Positions 9,068 through 18,198 of a stretch of 25,614 nt of DNA are shown here, piece after piece. The DNA comes from Candidatus Heimdallarchaeota archaeon. GTDB lineage: Archaea > Asgardarchaeota > Heimdallarchaeia > Hodarchaeales > Hodarchaeaceae. The notes below the pieces were generated by a model, which saw only the letters and a list, made by a program, of their open reading frames with translations, had not been told where the DNA came from and made no database searches. Within the stretch, counting starts at the first letter, position 1. Each line of letters opens with the position of its first letter. The stretch spans positions 1 through 25,614 of the forward strand of contig DXJL01000095.1 in NCBI GenBank assembly GCA_019057635.1, in the 5' to 3' direction. Both the position numbers and the translations under genes were made by a program.

Positions 9068-9541
9068 ATGCAACAAAGAGACGAAATACACCGCGAGTTA
9101 ACTCGTCTATTAAAAAGTGATACATCAATTAAAGTGACTTTACTAGGTGATAGAACAGGTTTAACGATTGCTAGAGCCTCAAGACTATTAGTATCAGCAA
9201 CTATGGGAGCATTTGATCTTGAAAGTATTGGAGCGATTGCTTCTGCTGTGTTTTGCGGTGCAGCAGAACAAGGAAGTGCCTTAACTCTTGGGGAGCTTGG
9301 TATTATGTTGGCTGAATTCACCGATGGCAAAATATTGACCGCTCAAAGTGGAGAAAGAGGAGTTTTAGTAGTAGTCGCAGAATCAGATGCTCAATTGGGG
9401 TTGATCCGAATGCGGATGAAAGAATCATCAGAGTCGTTAGCCTCACTCATGGATAGATTAATAGAGCCATCTACCGTTAAAATGAAGAAACCCGAATCTC
9501 AATCCATTATGGCCGCACTTAAAGAACTCGAAAACTTTTAA
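9068..9541 (+). CDS. Roadblock/LC7 (MglB-like) domain protein
   Basis: LLGDRTGLTIA, IGAIASAVFCGAAEQGSALTLGEL and LVVVAESDAQLGLIR fit the roadblock fold pattern. GGTGA SD lies upstream. Confidence 0.88.
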   Translation: MQQRDEIHRELTRLLKSDTSIKVTLLGDRTGLTIARASRLLVSATMGAFDLESIGAIASAVFCGAAEQGSALTLGELGIMLAEFTDGKILTAQSGERGVLVVVAESDAQLGLIRMRMKESSESLASLMDRLIEPSTVKMKKPESQSIMAALKELENF

Positions 9542-9557
9542 CCATCCAACGATTACA

Positions 9558-9566
9558 TTTTTTTTC
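9558..9566 (+). terminator. Oligo-T tract, candidate archaeal intrinsic terminator after the roadblock gene
   Basis: T-run about 17 nt after the stop codon at 9541. Confidence 0.3.
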
Positions 9567-9636
9567 TGCTACATTTATGTTATTAGTAATATGTAAATCA
9601 CTTTAATTTATGTAACTAGATATAGAAGGTTTAGAA

Positions 9637-10248
9637 GTGCCTTATTCCCAACTAGATGACGTTATTTTGAAGTTAACTGATGAAGTTACAGTTCAAGTCC
9701 TAAATATTTTATTAGAAAAAAGAGAAATTATTGATGAAGACATTGTGAATATTCTAAATGAGGGATTGGATCAAGAGAATCAAGAGACTGAGGCCCCTGA
9801 AGAAAACAATATTCCGAGGATTGCTCTCAAAGAAGTTAGAAAATCACTATACAAATTAAATGAAAGATCTCTCGCAAGGTACCGACGAGTACGTGATAAA
9901 GAAACGGGTTATTTTGTATATTACTGGTCACCTATTTGGGAAAGGATTCGAGACTTAATTGTCAGTCGTCGGAAGCAAACAATAAAGAAATTGAAGCAAC
10001 GCTTAGACTATGAACAACGAAACCTTCTTTATGTATGTGAAGAAGGACATACACCAGTTACTTTTTCTGATGCATTTGAATTTGGATTTTTATGCACCGT
10101 CTGTGGACAAGAACTTGCTCAAAAGGAGAACGCAGAGACAATTGCAATTCTACAAACCAAGATAACTGAGCTAAAAAAGATTCTCAAAACAGGCTTAGAA
10201 GAAATAGAGGGGATTGAAGAGAGAATGGAAAAGGCTGTCAACAGCTAA
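9637..10248 (+). CDS. tfe: Transcription factor E (TFE alpha / TFIIE-alpha homolog)
   Basis: Winged-helix EVRKSLYKL...RRVRDKETGYFVYYW, RLDYE, and zinc ribbon YVCEEGH...FSDAFEFGFLCTVCG. Confidence 0.92.
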   Translation: MPYSQLDDVILKLTDEVTVQVLNILLEKREIIDEDIVNILNEGLDQENQETEAPEENNIPRIALKEVRKSLYKLNERSLARYRRVRDKETGYFVYYWSPIWERIRDLIVSRRKQTIKKLKQRLDYEQRNLLYVCEEGHTPVTFSDAFEFGFLCTVCGQELAQKENAETIAILQTKITELKKILKTGLEEIEGIEERMEKAVNS

Positions 10249-10258
10249 AACATCAATA

Positions 10259-11308
10259 TCAAAAAGCTCTTTTTACCGAAAAATCGGCAACTTGTTCCAA
10301 TAATTCATGCATGGATTTATCTCGAAATTCTAGCCTTGCAATGTTCATCTTTGCTTCATTAGCCCATTTTTGCGCTTCATTCATAACAAATTCTTTTACT
10401 TTAGATTTCTCGATTAGAGGATTGCATTTGCTAATACGTTCTTCATCAGAAATTTTTTGATCGGTTAGGCAATCTTTCAATATCCGAGCATCTGTAGAAT
10501 CCAATAATCTTAGAGCTTGCACGATTACGAAGTTACCTAATTTCTGTTCAATTATATCTTTAAATATGACCTTTCCAAATGTATCTGCAGTAGAAAAAAT
10601 ATCCAAGTAATCATCTGCTATTTGAAACGCTATACCTGCAGCCCATCCATAATTCTCTGCGCATTTTTGTTCATCTAGGGAAGCTCCAGCCACCATAGCG
10701 CCTAATTTACATGCAGCTGCTAATAAGGCTGCTGTTTTACCTCTAATCATTTCTAAATAGTCTTCTAAGGTTACATCCATATATCGATTTGATTGAAAGT
10801 ACTCATTTTCTCTGTCTTCTTTCTGTTCAAATAGAATGTCCAAACGTTCTCCTTCTGTTAAATGACGGATTGTTTTTGAATACACATCAATTGTATTAGA
10901 AAAGTTTTCACCAGTGGCTTTTGCGGCGTCATAAATGGCTTCTCTATAAATTATTGCCGCTAAAATGGCAAATTTATCGCCAAATTTCGCTCTAGTTGTT
11001 TTTTTCCCTCGTCTAAGATCTCCTCGATCAATAATATCGTCTAGAATTAGTGAGTACGTATGTATTAGTTCAATACCTGCAGCTGCAGATCTAGATTCGA
11101 GATCATTACTTGAAGTACCAAATGCACGCGCAAATAGGAGGGTTAAAGCTGGACGTAGTCTTTTTCCCCCAGTTTTTGTTTGCCATTTGACCAAATCTAT
11201 AAAATCTGAATGAATATCTTTGAGAAGAAATTCATACATTTTTTCTTCAACAGACCTACCTAAGACACTTAATTCTGAAAAAACTTCGCTAAAATCTGAA
11301 TTATTCAT
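10259..11308 (-). CDS. idsA: Short-chain polyprenyl (geranylgeranyl) diphosphate synthase
   Basis: GGKRLRP, FARM DDIIDRGDLRRG, KTAAL and SARM FQIADDYLD. Tyr five residues before the FARM indicates a short chain (archaeal GGPPS type). Confidence 0.9.
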   Translation of the reverse strand: MNNSDFSEVFSELSVLGRSVEEKMYEFLLKDIHSDFIDLVKWQTKTGGKRLRPALTLLFARAFGTSSNDLESRSAAAGIELIHTYSLILDDIIDRGDLRRGKKTTRAKFGDKFAILAAIIYREAIYDAAKATGENFSNTIDVYSKTIRHLTEGERLDILFEQKEDRENEYFQSNRYMDVTLEDYLEMIRGKTAALLAAACKLGAMVAGASLDEQKCAENYGWAAGIAFQIADDYLDIFSTADTFGKVIFKDIIEQKLGNFVIVQALRLLDSTDARILKDCLTDQKISDEERISKCNPLIEKSKVKEFVMNEAQKWANEAKMNIARLEFRDKSMHELLEQVADFSVKRAF

Positions 11309-11489
11309 TTTTAATTCACCTGTTATTTTAATAATGATGTTTACTATTGTTTTCGTTCAAGAATGAGCAACTTACAAGTTTCACACTTATTCGTGCATTT
11401 GAAATACGCTTAAATTAAATTTATCCTAGATATTCTCATAGTAAAATAGTCAGTCGCTTAGGTAAATTATTAGCCAATATCTTCTAGCC

Positions 11490-12227
11490 TCATAAATCTT
11501 GTTCCAGATTCCTAGAAGCTAAAATCCATGATATAGCCTGTTCTAATGAATCAACAACAGTTGAAGGAGCGCTATAGCGAAGTAATACTGATTTACTAAC
11601 CAATCCTGTTGTTAAACCAATTGTATCTATACCAGCATCATTTCCCGCAAGAATATCTACAGGCATATCACCAAGAAAATAACAATGTTGAGGGCTCGTT
11701 GAACATGCTTCAATAGCCATAAGAAGCCCTTCGGGATCAGGTTTAATTCTAAGCACATCATCTCTTGAAATCAAAGCATCTGGATGAAAAAATTCCTTGA
11801 TTCCGTGTTTTTCTATCGTTTCTACTAATTGTTTACGAGAAGCATTTGTACAGATGCCTAATTGAAACCCATGGTTTATTAGCTTAGAGAGACTTAATTT
11901 TACGTCTGGGAAAAGTGGGGCGTTCTCATATACAGATTTAACTTTTCTAATGCAATTCAAAGCAAAATAAATAGCTTTTAAACGTCCCAGACCCATTTCT
12001 CTCCCAATTCTCCAAAAAATGTAGAATATAAGTCTAATTCCACTATTCGTTTGAGGAACTTGAAATTCTTTTAATAAATAAACACTAATTGTCTCCATTG
12101 ATTCTGGGGTCACACTTACTCCTGTTTTTTCAAGATTAGAAATGACTATCTTATTGAATGATCGCATAGAATCGAGTAAGGTTCCATCTAGGTCGAAAAT
12201 TGCTGCAAACGTTGTAGGATTTTTCAT
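11490..12227 (-). CDS. HAD-superfamily hydrolase (phosphoglycolate phosphatase-like, subfamily IA)
   Basis: FDLDGTLLDS motif I, GICTN motif II, KPDPEG motif III and GDMPVDI motif IV. Confidence 0.9.
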   Translation of the reverse strand: MKNPTTFAAIFDLDGTLLDSMRSFNKIVISNLEKTGVSVTPESMETISVYLLKEFQVPQTNSGIRLIFYIFWRIGREMGLGRLKAIYFALNCIRKVKSVYENAPLFPDVKLSLSKLINHGFQLGICTNASRKQLVETIEKHGIKEFFHPDALISRDDVLRIKPDPEGLLMAIEACSTSPQHCYFLGDMPVDILAGNDAGIDTIGLTTGLVSKSVLLRYSAPSTVVDSLEQAISWILASRNLEQDL

Positions 12228-12633
12228 ATGCGCTTAAATTCGTGAAGTTTACATTCGTAAATAAGCGATTTGTTACGGATATCTTTACTTCAATCTCAAT
12301 TATGAACCTGATACTGAAAAACCTGATACGGTGACTTTTTATAGGACCAAAATTTTTTTAATCATTCATACACAGCTTAAGTAACGCTCTTTCTTTACTA
12401 TCAGCAGGATTCGTTTATCAGTCTCTTTTTCTATTTTATAACTAACAATTGTTTCAAATCCCAAGATTTTTCTAATAGGATACTACAAAAAGTCAAAATA
12501 CATCCAGAAGATTCCTGCAAAGATAATTTATATTTCAGAGGTTTTCAGTGATGTAGAGTCTGAAGGGTTTTTCTGCTATCAAACTGACACCAGTGCCAAG
12601 CACTGAAGGTTTAATTTTATACATGTGATATAT

Positions 12634-13587
12634 ATGACGAAAGCTTTTGAAGTTCAAGATCTACGAAATTTAAGAGAAGAAATCGTACAACTTCGAGATC
12701 AAAAAGCGGATTTACTCAGTAATCTCCGAAAATTGGAAAAAGAGCGAAATCAAAAACGTGAAGAGAGGGATAATCTCAATAAGTTGGCATCTGAGAATTT
12801 TGCTAAAGTAAGAGGATTAAAGGATCAACGCGATAAAAATAACCGCTCAATCCAAGAACTAAAAGCAGTTCGTCGTAGTGTTCTTGAAGAAATGAAGGAG
12901 CTTATAGAAAAAGCCAAATCCTTGCAGGAAGAGATAGTATCAATGGATATCACAGAGCAGGATATCAAAAAATCTTACAGTCTTCGGAAACGTATTGATA
13001 GTTTAGATTGGAAAATACAAACAACTTCCAGAATGGGGATTGCAGAAGAACGACAACTAACTGAGCAAGTGAATATGTTAATGGAGCAATTGGGTGACAT
13101 CTCTGTATCTACTGAAAAGCTTAAGGCACGAAAAGAAATTAACAGGGAAATTAACCATCTTAGAGGGTTTTTAGATCATAGTTGGAAAGACTTCCAAGAA
13201 TTAGTGGAGAATTCCCAGAGGTCACACCAAGAATTAACCGAACTCTATGATACTGGAAAAAAAGCAAAAGATGAAGCTGATACCTGTCATAAATTATTCT
13301 TGGAGAGAGCAGACGAAATACGAACTCTTCGGGATGAATTCCGTGGGTTGAATAAATCACTGAGAGAAAAATCTAGTATCTTTAGAGAACAAAATCGTGC
13401 CCAAAAAGAACGTGTTCAGCTTGAACGAGAAAAAGCTAGTGCTGAAATACTAGAAGAACAAAAAGCCATTATTCAGGAGAAATTAAGCTCCAAAAAGAAG
13501 AAAGTCTTGTCTATTGAAGAAATGCGAATAATGATGAGTCAAGATCCAGATTTTTTAAGTAGCGATGATGTTCTTGAAGAAGAATAG
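12634..13587 (+). CDS. Conserved archaeal long coiled-coil protein (COG1340-like)
   Basis: All-helical K/E/R-rich protein with RD.LN, LDWKIQT, EERQLTEQV, ADTCH and C-terminal LSIEEM features typical of this archaeal family. ATG 12634 is preferred over GTG 12625. Confidence 0.7.
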   Translation: MTKAFEVQDLRNLREEIVQLRDQKADLLSNLRKLEKERNQKREERDNLNKLASENFAKVRGLKDQRDKNNRSIQELKAVRRSVLEEMKELIEKAKSLQEEIVSMDITEQDIKKSYSLRKRIDSLDWKIQTTSRMGIAEERQLTEQVNMLMEQLGDISVSTEKLKARKEINREINHLRGFLDHSWKDFQELVENSQRSHQELTELYDTGKKAKDEADTCHKLFLERADEIRTLRDEFRGLNKSLREKSSIFREQNRAQKERVQLEREKASAEILEEQKAIIQEKLSSKKKKVLSIEEMRIMMSQDPDFLSSDDVLEEE

Positions 13588-13642
13588 CAATTTCATCAGT
13601 TACCAAATCCAGCTGCGACAATAAAGACACAAATCCTCTAAT

Positions 13643-13677
13643 ACAATGGGTCATTGTCTAGAGCAATGGGTCATTGC
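13643..13677. promoter_or_regulatory. Tandem palindromic operator: two copies of CAATG-GGT-CATTG with 20-bp period, upstream of the heat-shock operon
   Basis: ACAATGGGTCATTGT (13643-13657) and GCAATGGGTCATTGC (13663-13677) each have perfect 6-bp arms. A TATA-like ATATATA follows at 13682-13688. Confidence 0.75.
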
Positions 13678-13750
13678 ATAGATATATATGCCGAGCTTCA
13701 TATCGTCCTATATGGTTAGAAACGGATAATAAAGGGAGACTCAGCTTTCT

Positions 13751-14488
13751 TTGAATGAAAAAGAATTTTTTCGATTAGTAGGAAACGAAATAAGACGTGA
13801 TATCCTTCGATCGGTCGCTCGAGAGCCAAAATATCTGTTTCAACTCGCTAAAGAGCTCACAGGGTCTCAACAGTCGATACAAAAACACCTCCAGTGCCTG
13901 TTAGAAAAAGGTTGGTTGTCTCAAGAATTAGTAGAGGGACCTCATGGTCCAGCTCGCAAGCTTTATCAAATAGCTAAGAATCTATCAGTAAGAATTACTC
14001 TAAGTCAGCATTCGTTTGATATAGACGTATTTGACATTCAAATCGGGAAAATTTCTGACCCCTTGGACGATTTCCAAACTCATCTGGATGAAATAGGTAA
14101 AGATCTTTCATTAACACTTTCTCAAGGAATTCAAAAAGATCATCAGAGTTATGCAATCCAAATTCGTACCCTTAATACAATTCTTGATAAACTGGGGTCA
14201 ATAGAAAATTTCATTCTTAGCAAAAAGCTTACTGTCACAGGTCAATTAAATGAGACAATTTCGATGAAACTAGAGGGAGATGATCATCGAAAAGACCGAG
14301 AATTGGCATATACAATTTTTAGTAGTTCAGCCCCAATCAAAATAGACGTAATTCAAAAAGAAATAAAAACAAAGCGAACAGAGCTTCTGGCTTCCCTTAA
14401 ACGACTGAATGAAAAGAATCTATTACCCAAACGAGGAGTAGATTTAATGGAGAAGCTAGAAGTCACATTGAGTAGCCAAACGGAGTGA
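13751..14488 (+). CDS. ArsR-like winged-HTH transcriptional regulator, Phr/HSR1-type archaeal heat-shock regulator
   Basis: N-terminal LVGNEIRRDIL...PKYLFQLAKEL...QQSIQKHL..L...G...GPARKLYQI resembles Pyrococcus Phr. First gene of the grpE-dnaK-dnaJ operon (3-nt gap to grpE). Confidence 0.8.
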   Translation: MNEKEFFRLVGNEIRRDILRSVAREPKYLFQLAKELTGSQQSIQKHLQCLLEKGWLSQELVEGPHGPARKLYQIAKNLSVRITLSQHSFDIDVFDIQIGKISDPLDDFQTHLDEIGKDLSLTLSQGIQKDHQSYAIQIRTLNTILDKLGSIENFILSKKLTVTGQLNETISMKLEGDDHRKDRELAYTIFSSSAPIKIDVIQKEIKTKRTELLASLKRLNEKNLLPKRGVDLMEKLEVTLSSQTE

Positions 14489-14491
14489 TAA

Positions 14492-15127
14492 ATGCCAATG
14501 AAAGAACATACTCCACAGAATACAGAAAATAATTCAAATTTCTATGACATTGATAAACAAATTAAAGAATCTGACTCAAAAAATGTCAAGATACTAACAA
14601 ACAGTAAATCCATGGATAGCAAATCAAATCAAATCAGTGAAGCAGAGGAACTAGAAAGCCAAATTGAGAAGCTACAAGAAGAGCTAGAAAAACAGGAGAA
14701 GAATAATCAAAAAGACAAAAAGCGTTATCTCCGTGCATTAGCTGATTATGAGAATCTTGAGAAGAGAACAAAAGCTGAAAGGTCAAGATTCTTAAAAAAT
14801 GCTAATGCTAATCTTCTGACAAAACTACTTGAGCTAGCAGACACGTTAGAAAAAGCAAAATCAAGCTTTCTTGATTCCTCGACTAATAATGATGTACTCA
14901 AAGAAGGTTTTCTAGCAATTGAAAGACATTTTTTTAGTATCTTGAATAATGAAGGAGTTGAAAGGCTAGAATGTATTGGAAAAAAATTCGATCCAGCTTT
15001 CCATGAAGCTGTCTTCGTAAAAACAGATTCCGGAGAGGAAGAAGAACAAATTCTAGAAGAAGTTCAAGCTGGTTACACACTGAACTCTACCTTATTACGA
15101 CCTAGTAAAGTAATAATTGCAAAATAA
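14492..15127 (+). CDS. grpE: Nucleotide exchange factor GrpE
   Basis: YLRALADYENLEKR, FDPAFHEAV and GYTLNSTLLRPSKV motifs. Directly upstream of dnaK. Confidence 0.96.
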   Translation: MPMKEHTPQNTENNSNFYDIDKQIKESDSKNVKILTNSKSMDSKSNQISEAEELESQIEKLQEELEKQEKNNQKDKKRYLRALADYENLEKRTKAERSRFLKNANANLLTKLLELADTLEKAKSSFLDSSTNNDVLKEGFLAIERHFFSILNNEGVERLECIGKKFDPAFHEAVFVKTDSGEEEEQILEEVQAGYTLNSTLLRPSKVIIAK

Positions 15128-15148
15128 AAATATTAAGGTGAACACAAA

Positions 15149-16981
15149 ATGCCTAGACCAATTGGTATAGATTTAGGAACGACATTTTCTGCCATAGCCA
15201 CAATGGAAGGTGGAAAAGCAAAGATTATTCCCAATGCGGAAGGTCAGCGAATTACTCCCTCTGTAGTATCCATATCGAAAGAGGGTGAACGAGTAGTTGG
15301 AATACAAGCTAAAAGACAAGCTGTTTCCAACCATGAGAGAACAGTTAGATCCATAAAAAGAGAGATGGGAACTAATTATACAGTGACTATTGATGGAAAG
15401 GTCTATAAACCTCCTGAAATAAGTGCAATGATTCTACAAAAACTAAAAAGAGATGCTGAGGCTTATTTGGGTGAAACTATTATCCAAGCAGTAATTACCG
15501 TTCCAGCGTATTTTTCTGATTCCCAACGTCAAGCTACAAAGGATGCTGGTAAAATTGCGGGATTAGAGGTTCTAAGAATTATTAATGAACCCACAAGTGC
15601 TTCTTTAGCTTATGGAATGGACAAAGAAGAAGAATCGACAATTCTTGTTTTTGACTTGGGTGGTGGAACATTTGATGTTTCAATATTAGAATTATCCGAG
15701 GGTGTATTCGAGGTAAAAGCAACATCAGGTAATAATAGACTTGGTGGAGACGATTTTGATCAACGAATAATTGATTGGATGAGTGAAGAGTTTAAAAAAC
15801 AAACTGGGTTGGATCTTTCGAAAGATGCAATGGCATTACAACGATTGAGAGATGCAGCAGAACAATCAAAAATTGAGTTATCACAAAAAACTTCCTCAGA
15901 GATCAATTTACCATATGTTTATGCTGATAACACTGGACCTAAACATCTGAATCTTTCTCTTACAAGGTCAAAATTTGAAATTATGATCGCTGATCTCATT
16001 GAAAAAGCTATGGGTCCTACTCGACAAGCCTTAGCCGATGCAAAACTTAAGCCTTCCGAAATTGATAAGATTTTACTCGTTGGTGGTTCTACTCGTGTTC
16101 CTGCCGTACAATCAGCATTACGTAACTATTTCAATAAAGAACTAACAAAAGAACTTAATCCTGATGAATGTGTAGCTCTGGGAGCAGCCATTCAGGCTGC
16201 AATTATAACTGGGGAAGTAAAAGATGTTTTGTTACTCGATGTAACTCCATTATCCTTAGGGATAGAAACTCTAGGTGGAGTATTTACTAGGTTAATTGAA
16301 AGAAACACTACTATTCCAACTCATAAGAGTCAAATCTTCTCTACTGCGGCTGATAATCAACCATCAGTTGAAATCCACGTATTACAAGGGGAAAGGAAAA
16401 TGGCCACAGGGAATATAACCCTAGGCAGATTCCAATTGGTCGGAGTACCTCCCGCTCCTCGAGGCGTTCCACAAATTGAGGTAAGCTTTGATATTGATGC
16501 CAATGGAATTGTAAATGTATCAGCAAAAGACCTTGGAACTGGAAATGAGCAGAAAATAACCATTAAGAGTGATAGTGGCCTTTCAGAAACAGATTTCAAG
16601 AGAATGGCTGAGGAAGCAGAAAAATACAAGGAAGAAGATAATAAACGATTGGAAGAAGCTGAAGCACGAAATAAAGCAGATTCACTTGTCTATCAAGTCG
16701 AAAAGATGATTAAGGATTTGGGTGAACAAGTGGATGCTACAACAAAAAGCAACGCAGAGAGTACGATTGAATCACTTAAATCATCTTTACAGAGCGGAAA
16801 TATTCCAGATGTCATTAAAAAGAGTGAAGATCTAGAGAAAATTGCACATGAATTAGCACAGAAACTTTATGCTCAACAAGCTCCACAAGGAGCACCAAGT
16901 GCAGGTTTTCAAGGTGCTCCATCAGGTCAAGATGACTCTGAAGTTGTAGACGTTGATTATGAGATTGTCGATGAAGAGTAA
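15149..16981 (+). CDS. dnaK: Chaperone DnaK (Hsp70)
   Basis: [38 protein letters not shown] and GVPQIEV motifs. GGTGA SD upstream. Confidence 0.99.
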   Translation: MPRPIGIDLGTTFSAIATMEGGKAKIIPNAEGQRITPSVVSISKEGERVVGIQAKRQAVSNHERTVRSIKREMGTNYTVTIDGKVYKPPEISAMILQKLKRDAEAYLGETIIQAVITVPAYFSDSQRQATKDAGKIAGLEVLRIINEPTSASLAYGMDKEEESTILVFDLGGGTFDVSILELSEGVFEVKATSGNNRLGGDDFDQRIIDWMSEEFKKQTGLDLSKDAMALQRLRDAAEQSKIELSQKTSSEINLPYVYADNTGPKHLNLSLTRSKFEIMIADLIEKAMGPTRQALADAKLKPSEIDKILLVGGSTRVPAVQSALRNYFNKELTKELNPDECVALGAAIQAAIITGEVKDVLLLDVTPLSLGIETLGGVFTRLIERNTTIPTHKSQIFSTAADNQPSVEIHVLQGERKMATGNITLGRFQLVGVPPAPRGVPQIEVSFDIDANGIVNVSAKDLGTGNEQKITIKSDSGLSETDFKRMAEEAEKYKEEDNKRLEEAEARNKADSLVYQVEKMIKDLGEQVDATTKSNAESTIESLKSSLQSGNIPDVIKKSEDLEKIAHELAQKLYAQQAPQGAPSAGFQGAPSGQDDSEVVDVDYEIVDEE

Positions 16982-17013
16982 TTGCAAGCCTAAGAATTTA
17001 TCAGGTGATATGA

Positions 17014-18162
17014 CTGAGTAGAAACAAAAAAGATTACTATGAGGTTCTTGGTGTCCAAAGGGATGCAGATGTTAAAGATATCAAGAAAGCCTTTCGAACT
17101 TTGGCTCGGAAATATCATCCTGATATGAACCCTGATGATCCAAGTGCAGAAGAGAAGTTTAAACAAGTAGCTGAAGCATTCGAAGTATTATCTGATGATG
17201 AAAAACGGCCTATATACGATCGGTATGGTCATGAAGGCTTATCAGGCGCTTCATTCAGAGATTTTTCAGGCATGGGGTTAGATGATCTTTTTGGTGGTTT
17301 TGGTATATTTGAAAATATCTTCAATGCCTTTGGAGGCGGAACTCAAGCTAGGACTTCCCGTTCTCGTGCGAGACGTGGCCAAGATGTAAGGCTTAACATT
17401 GATCTCTCTTTCGATGAGGCAATGAAAGGAATAAAGAAGTCAATCAAAGTCCCTAACTGGGCACAATGTCCTGTATGCCATGGCAATAGAATCAAAAAAG
17501 GCGAATCACTCATTAAGTGTAGTACCTGTGGTGGAGTAGGAGAAGTGCGTCAGGTTCAAAGAACGGCCTTTGGGCAGATGATAAATATTACTACTTGCCC
17601 AAAATGCCGTGGAGAAGGTGAGATATTGAAAAAAGGGACAGAATGTGAGACTTGCAACGGAGTTGGCAAAGTTAAGCAAACTAGAACTGTTGAAGCTCAT
17701 ATCCCTGCAGGGGTTGATACAGGAATGCGTGTGGTAGTTCAAGGAGAGGGTAGACCTGGTGAGTTGGGAGGACCTTCTGGGGATTTATATTTGGTAGTAA
17801 ACATATCCCCTCATCCTTTCTTCCAAAGAAATGGTGCGGAAATTATTCTGGAATATCCGATTAGTTTTCTTGACGCCGCGTTAGGTACTAAACTTACAAT
17901 TCCTACAATTAATGGAGACGAGAAAGTTACAATCAAACCAGGTACTGAATCTGGGAAAATAATTACCCTTAGAAAAAAAGGTGCCCCTAATCCTAATAGG
18001 TCTGGTCGTGGCGATATGCACATCGGAATTACTGTAAAATTTCCTAATAAATTAGAAAAAAGTGTAAAACAAACATTGCAGAAACTTCAAGAAGAAGATG
18101 AGGCAAAATATGTATTTAGAAATAATCCTGGATTAGCTAAATACTTAGGTTCCCAAAAATAA
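17014..18162 (+). CDS. dnaJ: Chaperone DnaJ (class A Hsp40); true start lies upstream of the track call, probably CTG at 17014
   Basis: Frame is open from 17014: (L)[17 protein letters not shown]...LARKYHPD J-domain, G/F region and four CxxCxG repeats. An in-frame TGA at 17011-17013 bounds it. Confidence 0.95.
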   Translation: MSRNKKDYYEVLGVQRDADVKDIKKAFRTLARKYHPDMNPDDPSAEEKFKQVAEAFEVLSDDEKRPIYDRYGHEGLSGASFRDFSGMGLDDLFGGFGIFENIFNAFGGGTQARTSRSRARRGQDVRLNIDLSFDEAMKGIKKSIKVPNWAQCPVCHGNRIKKGESLIKCSTCGGVGEVRQVQRTAFGQMINITTCPKCRGEGEILKKGTECETCNGVGKVKQTRTVEAHIPAGVDTGMRVVVQGEGRPGELGGPSGDLYLVVNISPHPFFQRNGAEIILEYPISFLDAALGTKLTIPTINGDEKVTIKPGTESGKIITLRKKGAPNPNRSGRGDMHIGITVKFPNKLEKSVKQTLQKLQEEDEAKYVFRNNPGLAKYLGSQK

Positions 18163-18198
18163 TAGATTTAATGACATATGAGGATAGTATAGATTTTT

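Noticed and set aside
7574-9330. ORFs 7574-7768, 7701-7883, 8512-8736, 8874-9128 and 9043-9330
   Set aside because: Antisense or overlapping to stronger CDSs, with low-complexity AT-rich translations and no family features.
12634-13587. Coiled-coil protein as SMC, ESCRT-III or SNARE
   Set aside because: No Walker motifs, no TM anchor and no zero-layer pattern. It fits a widespread archaeal coiled-coil family.
13643-13677. Repeat considered as a CRISPR remnant or CIRCE element
   Set aside because: Only two 13-bp units with a 7-nt spacer and no cas genes. It does not match CIRCE (TTAGCACTC-N9-GAGTGCTAA).
13712-13729. Upstream in-frame ATG for the regulator
   Set aside because: Closed after five codons (MVRNG) by tandem TAA TAA, so TTG 13751 with a GGGAG SD is retained.
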